A DNA stretch of 64,000 nucleotides from NCBI RefSeq assembly GCF_037042905.1, contig NC_087245.1:13952001-14016000 (forward strand), in the 5' to 3' direction. The stretch's first letter is position 1. Each line of letters opens with the position of its first letter. This stretch comes from Lytechinus pictus (Eukaryota). The notes under the pieces were generated by a model, which did no database searches, was not told where the DNA came from, and worked only from the letters and a program-made list of their open reading frames with translations. Positions 1-13,474 of the stretch are shown piece after piece. The translations under genes and the position numbers were made by a program.

Positions 1-606
1 CGACATTCAAATGCTCATAACTCTTCTATTGCTAGTCCTATTTTACTCAAACTTTTGTTGATCTTATTCTTTGATTTGTCTGCTTTCACAAAAGCTAACT
101 TGCTCTAAGAGTTTCATTCTCCTTTAACTATAATGTACAATCAATTTTAAAAATCAAGTGTATGATTAAGCGTTAACTTTTGTTATAGGGGACCCTGATA
201 TTAGCGTCCGTGAGGTTTGCGAAAGGTGGCTATCGTTCCGATAGGACTTCCCTCCTTTTCCAAAGTCCAACTGGCATAACAGATAAACAAATCCACTGGA
301 GCTTGACAAAATTGTGTGTAAAAAGTATATTGATTGATCTACATAATCATATTTCAACAATGTCATCCATTTTATTTGGAGGGGAAGAGGGACATGTGCC
401 CTGGGATGGATATATATACCTTTAGGGGGCGCAAAAAGGGCCAAAATAACTCAGGGGAATAAGAACAAGGAATAAGGGGACGATGTTTTAAAAGGGGTGT
501 TATTTATGCTAACCGCAGCGTCAGGGGGGCATTCTTGGCACTTTTCATGGGCGCTGAGTGATGTGCCACTTTTCATTCTCTCATTTCCCACAGATATTGC
601 CGCAAA

Positions 607-805
607 ATGAAGTTCTTGTTGCTAGACGAGGATCGGCACAATGACGCCTATAAGACAATGTTAGAGAGGATGGAACGAAGAAGATGGTCCGAGGAATGGG
701 CCAACAATGTGTTTCCAGGGGCCATTGTACAGAAGTTAGCATCGAAGCCTAAACAAGGGGCTGACGATCGCGCTTATCGTTCACTCGGTGTAGGCACAGG
801 GAACG
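607..805 (+). CDS. HNMT-like SAM-dependent methyltransferase copy A, coding exon 1
   Basis: ATG at 607, preceded by a polypyrimidine acceptor (..tttcccacag) that implies an upstream UTR exon. Ends SLGVGTGNG|gtaag (first half of SAM motif I), phase 1. Confidence 0.88.
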
Positions 806-1444
806 GTAAGTAATCAGGAAATTCGCAGATTTTTATACTTTAATCCTTGTTGTACGTCGTGGCAATTCTCATTTCGCATGTGATCTGCCAGGAGCATTTC
901 ATAAAAAATAACCAGGGATTTTCAGTGACTATTATATTAGCTACTAGTAATATCATTGCATATGATTGGCCCTGAGCAGATTTGTCGATAGAAATCACCG
1001 ACAGTATGCCTCATGAAAATGAACCCCTGTGCAGTGCACTATTATCAAAGTACAAAGTGCAATATTCATATCCATATGTCAGTCAGGGTTTTCAGTCAAA
1101 CGGCGGGAATGGAGGGCACTGTTGTGTTTGATCTGTGGAATTACTATACAGACTTTACGAAGTATCAATAGAACGCAATTGGCATGCATGTGAGCAGATT
1201 TCGGCAGTCGAAAGTCATGTGTTATGCCTTTTAAAATCTAACCGCCCTCTAAACCCTTGCGAGGCTGTTAACCCTAATTTTCAAGAGATACTAATTGTTA
1301 ATAGGCTTTCATTAAATGACTTAGGCTGAACTAATTCAACATAGATGTGAACATTCATGATAACGTATAGAGTAGGCATACGATCATTTTATTCATCATG
1401 ACTTTACAATCTTCTGAATGTGTTTAATATCTTCACTGTATAAT

Positions 1445-2110
1445 TGAACATCAATCTGCTCCCCCCCCCCCATAGTTCAAACATCAATTTTGCGCCCTAG
1501 TCTGAACATTAATTTGTCGCACCTATTTTGAATAAAACAATTTGGCGCCCCTAAATCGAACATCAATTTGGCCCCGCTAGTTCGAACATAAATTTGGCGC
1601 CCACCTAGTTCAAACATTAAATTGGCGCCCCTAGTTTTAACATTAATTTTGCGCCCTATTCTGAACATTAATTTGTCGCCCCTAGTTTGAACAACAATTT
1701 GACGCCCCTAGTTCGAACATCAATTCGCCCCCACCCACGTTCAAACATCAATTTGGCGCCCCCCCCTAGTTTGAACATTAATTCGCCCCCCTAGTTTGAA
1801 CATCAATTTTGCGCCCCTTAGTTTGAACATCAATTTGCCCCCCCCCCCCCCCCGTAGTTCAACCATCAATTCGGCGCCCCTAGTTCGAACATCAATTCGG
1901 CGCCCCCCTATGTCGAACATAAATTTGGAGCCCCTGGGTAGAACATCACTTCGGCGCCCCTATGTCGAACTTCAATTCGGCGCCCCAGGTTCGAACATCA
2001 ATTCGCCTCCCCCTAGGTAGAACAACAATTCGGCGCCCCTTCAGGTTGAAGATCATTTTGGCCCCCGAGGTAGAACATCAAATCGACGTCGCGGTCAACA
2101 TCAAGTTGGC
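1445..2110 (+). repeat. ~30-bp degenerate tandem repeat
   Basis: Repeated cgcccc(c)tagtt(t/c)gaacat(c/t)aatt units. Confidence 0.9.
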
Positions 2111-2111
2111 G

Positions 2112-2697
2112 CTTTCCCTTTCCCTTTCTTTTCCCTTCCTCTCTCTTTTCCCATCTGCTTTTCCCTTTTTCTCTCTCTCTTTCCCCTTCTTTTTTCCCTT
2201 CCTTCCCTTCCCTCTTTTTTTCGTCTGTTTCTTTCCCCCTCTTCCCTTCTCTTCCCCCCTCTTCCTCTCTCTCTTTTTGTCTTCTTTTCTTTCCCCCTCT
2301 TCCTCTCTCTTTTTTCTTCTCTTCTTTTCCCCTCTTCCTCTCTCTTTCTACTTCTCTTCTTTCCCCCTCTTCCTCTCTCTTTTTCTTCTTGTCTTTCCCC
2401 CTTTTCCTCTCCTTTTTCCCTCTTCCTTTCCACCTTCCTCTACTTTTCTTCATTCCCCCTTTTTCTTCTCTCTTTTATCTTCTTTCTTTTCCACTTTTCC
2501 TCTTTTTTCTTCTCTTCTTTCCCCCCTCTCCCTCTCTTTTTTTTTCTTCTTTTCTTTCTCCCCTCTTCCTGTCTCTTTTTTTTCTTCTCTTCCTTTCCCT
2601 TTTTTCCTCTTCTTTCTTTTTCTTCTTTTCTTTCCCCTTTTCCTTTCTCTTTTTTTTCTGTACTTCCTTTCCCCCTCTTCCTCCCTCTTTTTTTTTG
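2112..2697 (+). repeat. Polypyrimidine low-complexity tract
   Basis: About 590 nt composed almost entirely of C and T. Confidence 0.95.
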
Positions 2698-3655
2698 AGC
2701 GGGGGGGGGGGGGGGCAAGGCCCCCTCGGCCCCCATGGATCCGCGCCTGACTGTTGTCTAACTATTATCTATTCGGTATTCCATAACTTACAAAGGCCAT
2801 GTTAAATGTTAACTTTCGTTTATTAATTTCGTTCAGTTTAGTATAAAAATAATAAACAATGGAAATCATCGGTGAAACCCGTTTCTTTAAATCCCCTTTA
2901 ATTGTTAAAAGATGTATTTAGAATGCCTAGATTCTAGGTCTTAATATGAAACACGCGCGCGCAAGTCTATTCAGATGCTCAACTTTTTCTCTATTTAAGT
3001 CATCCAGTTTCAGATCACAATATCAAAAATTTTCTGCTCGAATTATTAGTGTAGGAAGATCCCCTATTACTCATTCTTTTCATGATTTACAAAACATGAA
3101 TAGAGTGTCCCGTTCTTAGGTCTAAATCTCGATTTTTTTTCCGCTCGCGTTAATTGTTTAATTATATAGCTATTCTGTTCACGATTACAAAAATTGATTT
3201 AAATTGTCCACTCTTTATGTAGAAATGTCAATTTTTTTATTTGATTGTTTAAAATGTATCGTCTTCATGGCTTAGTGCAAGCAGATATTTATTGCTGCAA
3301 CTTATTTCATTATAAGGGAGACATATTATTCACACAAGTATGAAATAATGAAAAAAATATATGATTTTATGTAATAACATAAGAAAACGGAAAGTGGGGA
3401 TGTGACATCAGCAGCCCACCTAATGAATATTCATGACGACTGTTTTCACAAAATATCGCTAAACTTTAAACTTCAATAACTTTATTATGTGTTATCCGAT
3501 TTTGATGAACTTTTCGGCATTTTGCTCAGTGAATTCTACTCTATGTATCAAGATATAAATATTTTCAGCCCGGACCATCCCTTTAACATGTACCTTTCCG
3601 ATCAGTTCAAAACGTATATGAAAATTTACTGCTCGTGCTTTGCGCTCGCATTATT

Positions 3656-3920
3656 AATTCAATTCAATTCAAATAAACATTTATTTTCTTCCATTTCAAA
3701 ACATTTTTCATAAACATTAATTCATACAAAAATCAAATTGATATGAAGAATATAAATATGTACATGTTAGGTTTAAAGAAGAAGGCGTATACCCTAAAAC
3801 CCGAGGCTTGTGGCGGGATACGCCTATAGGCCAAAGTACAATACAATAAACAATACAAAGGAAAGGGCAGAGAAAAGAAGAGAAGGTAAGGGAGATCCCC
3901 AACTACTCATCTTTTTTTTA
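3656..3920 (-). mobile_element. Truncated LINE 3' end with a (TTGAA)n tail and stem-loop
   Basis: Minus-strand AATAAA followed by (TTGAA)n; stem aggcgtat/atacgcct at 3783-3825. Confidence 0.55.
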
Positions 3921-4579
3921 AATTTTGATTTTTAAGATTTGTAACGTCTTCATGGCTAACTGCATGCAGTCTTTAACAGGTACCTATTCAATCAGTTCAT
4001 TTCTACGCGCGCTTCGCGTTCGTAGTAATTATTTAGTTGCATACACATCTTTTTCAGGATAACAAACATTGCCCAGAATTTTCAAATTTTATGAAAAAAT
4101 ACATAAGATTTCCAAAAAAATTTAGCCTGCGCTTCGCTCTCGCATTATATAAATAAGGATTATGATATTATATATTTATGTTGATTTATAAGAATAAAGC
4201 CAAGAAGTAACTATTGGGACTACCCTTTCAAAGAAACGAAAAATCATCTTCGAGCGGCCGATCGGGGAAAATATAGATGAAAAAAATTCCGCTCCCCCCC
4301 CCCCCCCCTATTGGCGAAGGCTGGATCCGCCCCTGTGCTGCTGATTAAGAATCATATCCATACATAGTAGGTTCCACGAAAGACTAAACAATGCGTTAAG
4401 CTTTACAGATTTTTTCATCGCGACTTCGCGAGTTTCCCCTTTTCTGTCGTAGTGCACTGTTGTATATGAGAAAACATGGAATGTTTGAATATTATTACAT
4501 GACTGTGTTCAAAATCGTGAAATATTGGACAAAATGGCCTCCCGGTGGACAGGGTCGTATACCGGACGGGGGAGAAATT

Positions 4580-4870
4580 ATAGAATTTCCGCAATCACGA
4601 CGCGGTCACTCTCTACAAGCATGACAAGGCACCAATTCCTTTGAAAATGTAAATCAAATCACAATGGAGATCTGAGAGGCATTTGTCAAAAGTTGGTGGA
4701 CCGGGAAAGCAGATGATCCGAATATTTGGACAGGACGAACAATTGCAAATATGTTGGTCTACCAACTTTCGACAAAAGCCTCTCAGCTCTCCATTGTGAT
4801 TTGATTTGTATTTTGAAAGGAATGGGTGCGTTGTAGAGAGCGGGTGCGTCGTGAATGTGAAAACCCTATA
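4580..4870. repeat. Long inverted repeat (foldback MITE)
   Basis: aatcaaatcacaatggagatctgagagg / cctctcagctctccattgtgatttgatt. Confidence 0.7.
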
Positions 4871-5054
4871 GTGAAATCCTGGAACTCTGGTCTCTGAACC
4901 ATGCGTTGCTCGTTCTGCTTGACTGAATCGCTATTGCACTCGAACTTGATGATTTTCATGATATGGTGTTATTTCAACCATGGACCTACTAGCATAACGT
5001 GGAGGGCTTTGGTTTTTCCAGTGGTTCCGAGAAACAGTCTATAGATGTTAGTAA

Positions 5055-5343
5055 CCCACATGTTAATCCACACTTTGCCACTCTCCACCCAGGTGTTAAA
5101 TGGGTACCCGGTAGGATGTGAAAGCCTATATGTAGTATGCCTAGCAATTGAGTCTTGGAACTCTTGTTGGAATGCTCCCCAGGGAGTGGAGAAGGTGCAT
5201 TGTATGCGGGCATGCAAGGATCCGATGACCGGCATGACCGGGGTAATAATGATATGTCTGTAAAACGCTTAGAGACGTCGTTCCGATGTATTAAGCGCTA
5301 TATAAATGCGCTATATAAATGCGGAATATTATTACTATTATTA
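5055..5343 (+). mobile_element. SINE core and tail fragment
   Basis: ctccacccaggtgttaaatgggtacc core; tail aagcgctatataaatgc...attatta. Confidence 0.6.
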
Positions 5344-5742
5344 TGTGGTACACTGTAAAAATGCTGTATAAAATTTTAAGCAAGTTGTTTAAGCCCATCA
5401 CTCTAACAACTATTGTTTAAACTTTTTAAACAAGATTTTTGAACCTTTTTTGTAATTGTTTAAACTTTTTAAACAACTTGTTTAAAGAGTTTAGCTAATG
5501 GGTGTTATAATTCTACTCCATTAAGTTAAGCCTTTCGATTTAAAGGGGGGGGGGGTCACTTTTACAACGCACGTACGATATAAAGCTCCATCATGCGTCG
5601 CTGTATGCCTAAACATTTCAAACTCATTTTTATTAACTTAAGGCAAGCTAACGTATTCAGAATATTGGTGACGTGGCAAATCTCATTGTGTAAAATCCTG
5701 ACGTCATAAAGCAGTTGTCAAGTTGTATTCCACACGTTTCCT

Positions 5743-5772
<30 letters not shown>

Positions 5773-5776
<4 letters not shown>

Positions 5777-6008
5777 TCTAAATTACAATGATTTAAATAA
5801 ATCCATTACGGCTATGAATAGTGACCAGTTGATATTCGGATTAAAGATTGATCCGTAAAGATTTAAATGTTAATAAATTGGGATTTGAAAATCAATCTTT
5901 AAGATTTGCTTTTAAATCTTTAAGGATTGATTTTAAATCATAATATCGACTGGTCACTATTCACAGCCGTAATGGATTTATTTTAAATCCCTGTCTTTTT
6001 AGAGTGTA
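5773..6008. mobile_element. Palindromic MITE next to (TA)n
   Basis: aaatccattacggctatgaatagtgaccagt / actggtcactattcacagccgtaatggattt. Confidence 0.7.
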
Positions 6009-6225
6009 TGGTCGCGCTCTACTCAATATCAACAAAATGATGGCGCTATTATACCCTAAGTGTTCTGACAACTATACGCAAGATTATTCATGATGTAGAA
6101 TTTAAGAACAGAGTGTTATTATGGGGGGGGGGGGTGAGATTCCGCATCATGGGTTATTGTGAAATCTAAAGTTATCTGCTTTTGGTTCTCTCTCAACCAT
6201 ACCCCAATCTGATCCACTCGTGCAG

Positions 6226-6418
6226 GAGAGTATGAACTGCACCTCCTGAAGCAGCTTTCATCCAGGTTTCCTCGAATCAAGCATGTAGTCATCGAACCAT
6301 CTCATGAATTCATCCAGGAATACCAGACCGAAGCAGCAACGACTTCTTTCAATGGTTCCATTGAGTTTGAATGGTATGAGGGGACCTTTCAGGGGTACAA
6401 AGAAAAGACACTTGATAG
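6226..6418 (+). CDS. HNMT-like copy A, coding exon 2
   Basis: tgcag|GA GAG TAT... reads (G)EYELHLLKQLSSRFPRIKHVVIEPSHEFIQEY...FEWYEGTFQGY; VVIEPS resembles HNMT VVEPS. Phase 1 to 2, donor ag|gtgag. Confidence 0.88.
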
Positions 6419-6475
6419 GTGAGGATTGGTGGGTATATTTGGTATAATATTATGCTTTAGAATCCTATAAATCAG

Positions 6476-6733
6476 ATTTAGATTTAGATTTAGATTTTAT
6501 TTCCGTTCAACAATTTTTTCAAAATATAATCAAAGTAACAATACATATTCAATATAATCGATAATACAGACAAATCAATGAAATTCGTAACAAATGTTGA
6601 ATATAAATTAAACAAAACTACAATTTGTTGCAGTAATATTATCAATGAAAAGAAACAAGAAATGAACGGAGGGACTTGCCAAGAAAAGCAAAAGCTTGTA
6701 GAGAAGGCAAGCCCCTAAACTTAGTTTCAATAC
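6476..6733 (-). mobile_element. Short 5'-truncated LINE 3' end with an 8-bp TSD, present only in copy A intron 2
   Basis: TAAATCAG duplicated at 6468-6475 and 6734-6741; (TCTAAA)n tail on the minus strand. The empty site is present in copy B (~45345). Confidence 0.75.
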
Positions 6734-7429
6734 TAAATCAGTTGATTTGTACCGCACTCAACCCAGGTCAGGTGAATGGGTACACCAGAAGGATCCTTTA
6801 AATGGCTTGAGCTAAAGCTCTGAGAATTATTATGATAACTTCGCGGCTATAAACATACATAAATAAAACATGCCCGTCCGAGCGACTTTGATAGAGATAT
6901 GGTCTCAATATGGATGTGACATTCCATTTTTTTTTTTTTTTTTTTTGGGGGGGGGGGAAGAAATGACTAATTCTATATGTACATACGAATCATGGTAGAA
7001 AATGTATTTGAAGGGGGATTAAGCACACACCCTGAAAGTTTTGAATCAACCAAAGGTAGTACCAAGATTTTGAAAGTATATTTTAGGAGGTATTAATGGA
7101 GTCCATAGCTTACAAGCATGTTTGCCATATTTTTTTCAATAAAAACAAAAGCTTCCCGATAACATTGCTCCTCCTTACGTGACTCAAGTGCTGAAGAACA
7201 TGCTTTACAAATGAACATTCAGTGTGCATGCAGCGACAATCAATTATTTATACGGTTTTTAGAGATATTTAGAGATTGATGTCTTAATATTTTGAGTTTC
7301 CTTGGACAGAAGCCTGTTGCACGATAGTTTCATTTTAACGAAATTATGAGAAAAAAATATACGATGAAAATCCATATTTTATTGTTCGAAATAGACATGA
7401 AATGAAATACTCCGAAAATTTGCTTTGCC

Positions 7430-7617
7430 CAATTATTGCTCGTGGGCCCGGCAGCCGCTGTGCAGCGCCAGATGGACGAGGCTCTATCCATTTAATCGTT
7501 GAACGCCAAACAGGGTAGCAGCAACTCCCATCTTTTAACGTCTTTTGGTCTGACGTGGCCGGGGTTTGAACCCCCGACCTACCGGTTGTGAGACGGACGC
7601 TCTACCAACTGAGCCAA
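7430..7617 (-). mobile_element. tRNA-derived SINE
   Basis: Minus strand has TGGCTCAGTTGGTAGAGCG (A box) and GGTTCAAACC (B box), followed by a non-tRNA body. Absent from the copy B intron. Confidence 0.75.
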
Positions 7618-7794
7618 CACATCATATGCAACATACGCAAGTCCATAATGCTCAATAATAGTTCAAATCAAGTTTTATTGATTTTAAGAGTTTAATTTAA
7701 TTTCAATCCTTTTTCAACATGCCACGTATAACGAATTCCAAGAAATGAATGATTTTAATATCCCTGTTCTGTTATATCCCATTAAAAATGACAG

Positions 7795-7925
7795 TGCCGA
7801 TGGTAGATTCGATTTTATCAGCGCCATACACAGTTTGTATTACGTGGAGAACGCAAGAGAGACAGTAAAATTACTCTACGACTGTCTTGCCCCTGGAGGT
7901 ATGATGATGATCGAAATGAGTGATG
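7795..7925 (+). CDS. HNMT-like copy A, coding exon 3
   Basis: acag|T GCC GAT... reads ADGRFDFISAIHSLYYVENARETVKLLYDCLAPGGMMMI, similar to HNMT WDFIHMIQMLYYV plus the methyltransferase L-x-PGG motif. Donor g|gtaag, phases compatible. Confidence 0.9.
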
Positions 7926-8454
7926 GTAAGATTCTATTAACAACTTTCTTATTACATTTATTTTGATCAATGATATTTTGATCAATGATGTCTTAATTCG
8001 GTGAACTGAACCGATCAATGTAGGTCAAATTTACATGCATGCATGTAAAATAACAATCTTGGATGTCCGAAGAGTTTTTTTTTCACACTCCTCCTTTTTC
8101 TTCTTCAATTTAATACTGCATGGCGGTTCTTGAGTCTTTTTTTCCTTTTAATTTTCAAGTAATTTAATATGCTTCTTATGATGTTAACTCAAGTAATGCA
8201 TATGTCATGACTTCAATAAAAATCGAAGGCGGCGCCATGTGTGACGTCATATGTTGTCTCAGAGTCGGACACCCCAAATTTCTCTTTTGATGTTTACTTC
8301 TTCTTCTTCTTTCTTTGTTCTTCTGTTTTCCAAAGTTTAAAATTAACGGGGACGGTCACCACTCTCCCCTGCTTTGCCGCCCATATACTTTCTTATATTG
8401 TTTAAGTACTCAAGCCCCACCTTTTGTCATTCGGTACTTTTTGTCATTCCACAG

Positions 8455-8849
8455 ACAAATCCAGTGGACAGAGGATGTTTGCAGATTTTCCAGAACTGCA
8501 GCAAATGTTCACCCTCAAAAATTGGGTCACCTATTCCGATGTGACTGGCGCCCTCCACGACATGAACATACCATTCTCCCGTCTTGTGAACCCAATTTTC
8601 TTTGACATTACTGACGTCTTCGATGAAACTTCGAGGGAGGGAAACCTTTTGTTAGATTTTTTCACTCATGTTTCCAACTTTCGCCAGACTGCTGATAGTG
8701 ACCTGGTCAAGAGAGTTCTACAATTTTTAAAGAGGAAGTCTAAGGAGCACATGACCAATAGTGAGGGAGCGGACAGCGTAGAAAGCGATCGACTCAAACT
8801 AAGACGAATATGGGAAACTTTGATCATTGAAAAGCCACCTAAAGACTAG
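8455..8849 (+). CDS. HNMT-like copy A, final coding exon (spliced CDS 918 nt, 305 aa)
   Basis: acag|AC AAA... contains FDITDVFDETSREGNLLLDFFTH, like the HNMT C-terminal ENGDLLWDFLT region. TAG at 8847-8849. All four exons join in frame. Confidence 0.9.
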
Positions 8850-11800
8850 AACACCTCATCAGTAATTTTGTTACGATACTTCTAGTCTTGCAAAAATGTC
8901 AAATGAATCTTTAAAAGGGTCCAAGATGGGAAAAATTGAAACCCTGTGACTGTGGAACACAGACAAGGGACCATTAGCGGCTTCTGTCTGCCCGCCATTC
9001 GCAAGTTTATAACTAAGCCTGGGTCGTGTTTCACAAAGCTGTTCGTAAAGTTACACACGACTTTACGCACGACTGAAACATGTTCGACTGGTACTTATTT
9101 TCTTTATATCAAGAATGAACTTGGCCTTTGAACATCATGTAATTTTATATTGTAAAAGAAAGCCAAAGAAAGAAAGAATGCTCTTTTTTAACTATAAATA
9201 CAACATAATTATAATGGCGTCTTGCAAATGCTGCAATCGTCTTCGTCGCCATCCTCCTCATCAATTCTTGCTTTTGTAATATGATTGTATCCATATTTTG
9301 TATAGTGAAGTTAAAAGTTGAATTAATGTAGGGTTACTATGGTAACGAACAGAACGTGATATATTTCATCATGTATGTTAGAAGTGTATTTAAAAATCTA
9401 CTGAAACATATCTTTTCAAACAACAAAACAATTAAGCTGTTGCAATGACCAGTTATCTGTTATTATCTTGCTACTTCATTTATTGATTTGTTGTTATATA
9501 ATTACCTCTGAATGTTATACACTTATAATAATTCATACTTTGTTACTATTTACATTTGCTATGTTTTACTTGTTTCGTTTACCTTCAGTTTAAGTTGTAA
9601 AGCGAAACCGCATTGTATTAAGCGCTATATAAAAGCTCAATATTATATTGTTTTTTTAGCTTCGGGTGACATTAGGGAGCCCGGACATGTGTATAAAGTG
9701 ACAAATTCAGTATTCGACGTGAAGATTCGGCGTTAAGATATGAAACTCAAGTATATGAAATACAGATAAAAATTACAAAAAGTGAATTAGTTTTTATTTC
9801 TGAAATGTTTTTACGATGAGCATATGTCGGTCTTCGGATCGTTTGTCCTCGTTTTAACTGAAAAAAATCTAGGCATTCATACCAATTGGTCCAGCAGTGT
9901 ATACATCCAGAACCATCTATTGTCATGACATCTTCCATGTAGGCTTAACTGAGAAGAGGAGGGGTGGGGGGTGGGGGGCTCTGAGAGTGTCCTAAGAAAA
10001 AAAATACATTGAGCCCTGTTGCGGGTTGCGATTTTTTCCCGCCAGTACTTGTGTACCCGACGCGAGAGGGCAGTACCGTAGCCGTAATTTTTCATGAATA
10101 AGTCTATGCGAATAAGGTTTATTTAGTCAGACAATGCCTCATGAGTATTCGAAACGATAAGATCAGCTCGTTTAGTATTCAGTAAGCCTATCCTGCGATC
10201 AAGTTCACTGACGCAGGTTCGAGTCTCGCCCAGAACGATTATTCAAAGAATTTTATAAAATTAAACATTGATGCAAGACTCTAAAGAAAATACAAGTCCA
10301 AGATTTGTAGTCTGATTCAAAGCCTTAAAAGCCCTCTCGTGTCGGTTGCATAAGTACTGACGGGAAAAAAATCACTTCCGGGTTTGGTCTAGAAGGTAAA
10401 AAAAAACACCTTAAAAAGCCCGGCCGCAAAAGTAGGGAGGGGATCAGAAGTTTCAAAGCTGAGTTTATTCAACCAAATCATAAACATCAAACAAATACAA
10501 ACAAAATGTTTATACTTAGACAATAAATGAAACGTTTGAACCCCTGAGAAGCTCTGATTGTGATTTGGGGCCCAACATAATTGTACACATTAAAAGTATT
10601 TTACATTACAAGGTATATACCAAATGCGGGGTGAAAAGTAAACTTAGCTGGCAATCATTCCATCTACACGCACACCCTCACACACAAACGAGCACCCTAT
10701 CCCCACACAATATCGTAATTCAGATAAAAAAACAAATCATGCAGAAAAAGGAATGAAGAATTATGTTACATCAAACATGTCAAATATACAAGAGCAGATA
10801 AGCTCTACAAGACGTGCTGGGGTCCAGGCAACCTCCTTAATTGCACTAGCTAATTGCCGGGAGGGGGAGGGGTATGGTGTTATAAAATTTATTCTGTGTA
10901 TTCTTAATCACATGCGTAACGATCGTCACACCAGACACCACTATCAATAATTCCTGAAAAAAAATGAAGCACTGTAAGAAGTCATACTGCATGTGCTTCT
11001 TTTTTTTTAGGGGGGGGGGTATTCTTATACCTTCACGACTTCCATTTACATTCGTCTAATTTTCATTTCCTTCTTTCTTTTCTCTCACCTACCACTGCAT
11101 ATTCTTCTTTTTCTCCACTGACACTCATTTTTTCTAAGATCACGTGGTTTAGATAATATGTTTGTGTGTCATTTAAGAAAATTTACCCATGCACCCTATT
11201 CATTACAAAAGTGCTAAAAATGTCCAGTTTTCAGGCCTGGATAGCAACAATTTTCGCGCTATCATTCGATTATTAAATAAGATAAATACTATTTTACGAA
11301 TTCCTATAAAGTACCCCTTTTTCAGAATGGAATATCGACAAGCTTCATCTCGCGCTCAAGAAAAAGAATATCATTTTCATACGATGACGAATGTTTGGTC
11401 CTATGTAAAAATAGTAATAAAAAAATCAGCCCGCGCTCGCATGACTTATCAAACTTCACAAGTGCACAAATTCCACTCAGTCAAAATGAACAAAATTTTG
11501 ACACAGGATAGCTTCAATAATCTTTACTATATAAGCATATGTCAATAATTAGGAGATTAGATTAATAATAAAAAAAGGCTGTAGCCCCTCAAATCGATTG
11601 GTTCCAGAATCCAAAAATCTTAGTTTCAGCCCGGAGTTTCAGTCTCAACCAACTCCAATATACAGGTTGCATTGAGTGAAATCCATATCCATTTCACAAT
11701 TTTCCTACACAGACAGAGCTTGAAATAGTGCTTCAATTGACCCTTTTTCAGATCGGAATATCAAATATTTTCAGCTCGCTCTTCATGCTCGTATTATTGA

Positions 11801-13474
11801 TTTTCATGATGAAAAATGTATTTATAATGCCCAGATTCTAGGTCTTAATCTGGAACACGTGAACGCATGTTTATTACGCAGCTTGTTCTTTATTTGAAAC
11901 ATGATTAAATTATCCAGTTTCAGAACAGAATATCAAAAATGTTTTCTACCCGCTTCGCGCTCGCATTATGTAGGAAGATACGCAATTTCCAATTTTTCAT
12001 GATTTACGAAGCATGAATAGAGTGTCCCGTCTAAATCCCTTTTTTTTTACTACTCGCATCAATCGTTTAGTTATATACCTATCTTGTTCATGATTACAAA
12101 AAAGAGCTTAGAATTCAATTTTTTAGGTCAGAACGTGATAATATATCAGCTCGCGCTTCGCGCTCGCATTATTTGATTGTTGAAATATGTATTGTCTTAA
12201 TGGCTAACTACAAACAGTCCTTAACACGTCCCTTTTCAATCAGGCTAGAATACAAAACTTTCTGCTCGCGCTTCGCGTTCGCAATAATTATTTAGTTAGA
12301 TACGCATCTTGTTCAGGATCACAAAAATTGGCCAGAATATTTCAATTTTCAGGACAAAATACATCAAAATACCTAAAAATTAAAGGAGAATGAAACCTTT
12401 GCAACAATATATCTTGTGTGGAAACAGAAAAATCAAAGAAACAGATCAACAAAAGTTGTAGAAAAATCTGAAAAATAATGAGAAAGTTATGAGCATTTGA
12501 ATATTGCGGTCACTAATGGTATGGATATTCTCACATTGGCAATGCGACAAAGATGTGTGATGTCACTTGTGAACAACTCTCCCCATTACTTTAGTATACA
12601 TTTCACTTAAACTGCCCCTTTTATCACATCTATCGGTAGATCATGTGTTCTTTCTACAGTGCGTATCAAAAAAAGTTTACACTTTGAAAAAATCGTGTAA
12701 AATTACACATTTGTAATATCCTGAAGATTTTTCCACATTTTAACATTGGTACAGATCCATTTAAGCAATTGACGATATAACTGTCGAAAAAATATTTCCG
12801 CTTGAGTGAGCACCACTTACTTTTTAAAATTTAGTGAAAAATGATTTGCGCAGAACTTTGAAATGGTTATGCAAATAAAAGTAGACCTTAATTACGAAGA
12901 ACACGTGGAATTTAGCTAGTAAAATTGATTTGGAGATATCTTTTACCTTTTAAATTTTTTTTCCTTGGTCAAAACACTTCGAAGAGTGCATTGCGCCCCA
13001 CCCCAAACAACGAGGCCATCGAGACGTTATTTGCTTTACACTGAGCTGTGATTTACATGAAATGGCTTAGGCTTGATTTTCATTTTGTCAATCATTGTCA
13101 AGCTTGAGAAAAGTGTGGAGAAACAAGTATTAAATGAAAAATGAATTGTTAACCCACTTTAAATGATAAAAACTTAGTGAAAAATGCTGGAGATGTCTAA
13201 TATAAACTTTTGTTTATTCAGTTATGTCCTCAGATCCAGCTGGCACAAAAAGGGTAAAGATTGTGCTTACTAAATGTTAAAATTTCGATTTGGTTGGCAA
13301 AATTATTTAAAAATGCTTGAATGTATCCGTTTTATTTCAATTGGCTAAAAGTGCAAGGGAAATGTAAGTTAAATGTTTCGCAGGGTAAGTCTGATTTCGC
13401 CCTTTCCCCTTGACACAGCGTGAACACAAGCATTTCTGCGGAAACAGATTTTTGCGAGCTTTACATCAATGGAC

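Noticed and set aside
1445..2110. 30-bp repeats as possible CRISPR or iterons
   Set aside because: Head-to-tail degenerate units without spacers.
1962..2805. Long F/L/S/P-rich and K/R/E-rich ORFs
   Set aside because: Artefacts of the polypyrimidine tract, which has no stop codons.
7545..7617. Possible tRNA gene (also 50280-50350 and ~10165-10235)
   Set aside because: A/B boxes are present but run directly into SINE bodies without a convincing acceptor stem; called as SINE heads.
11030..12380. Similarity to 21740-23640, 2940-4330 and 35790-36390 as a possible segmental duplication
   Set aside because: Explained by an abundant dispersed repeat with gctcgcgcttcgcgctcgcatt units.
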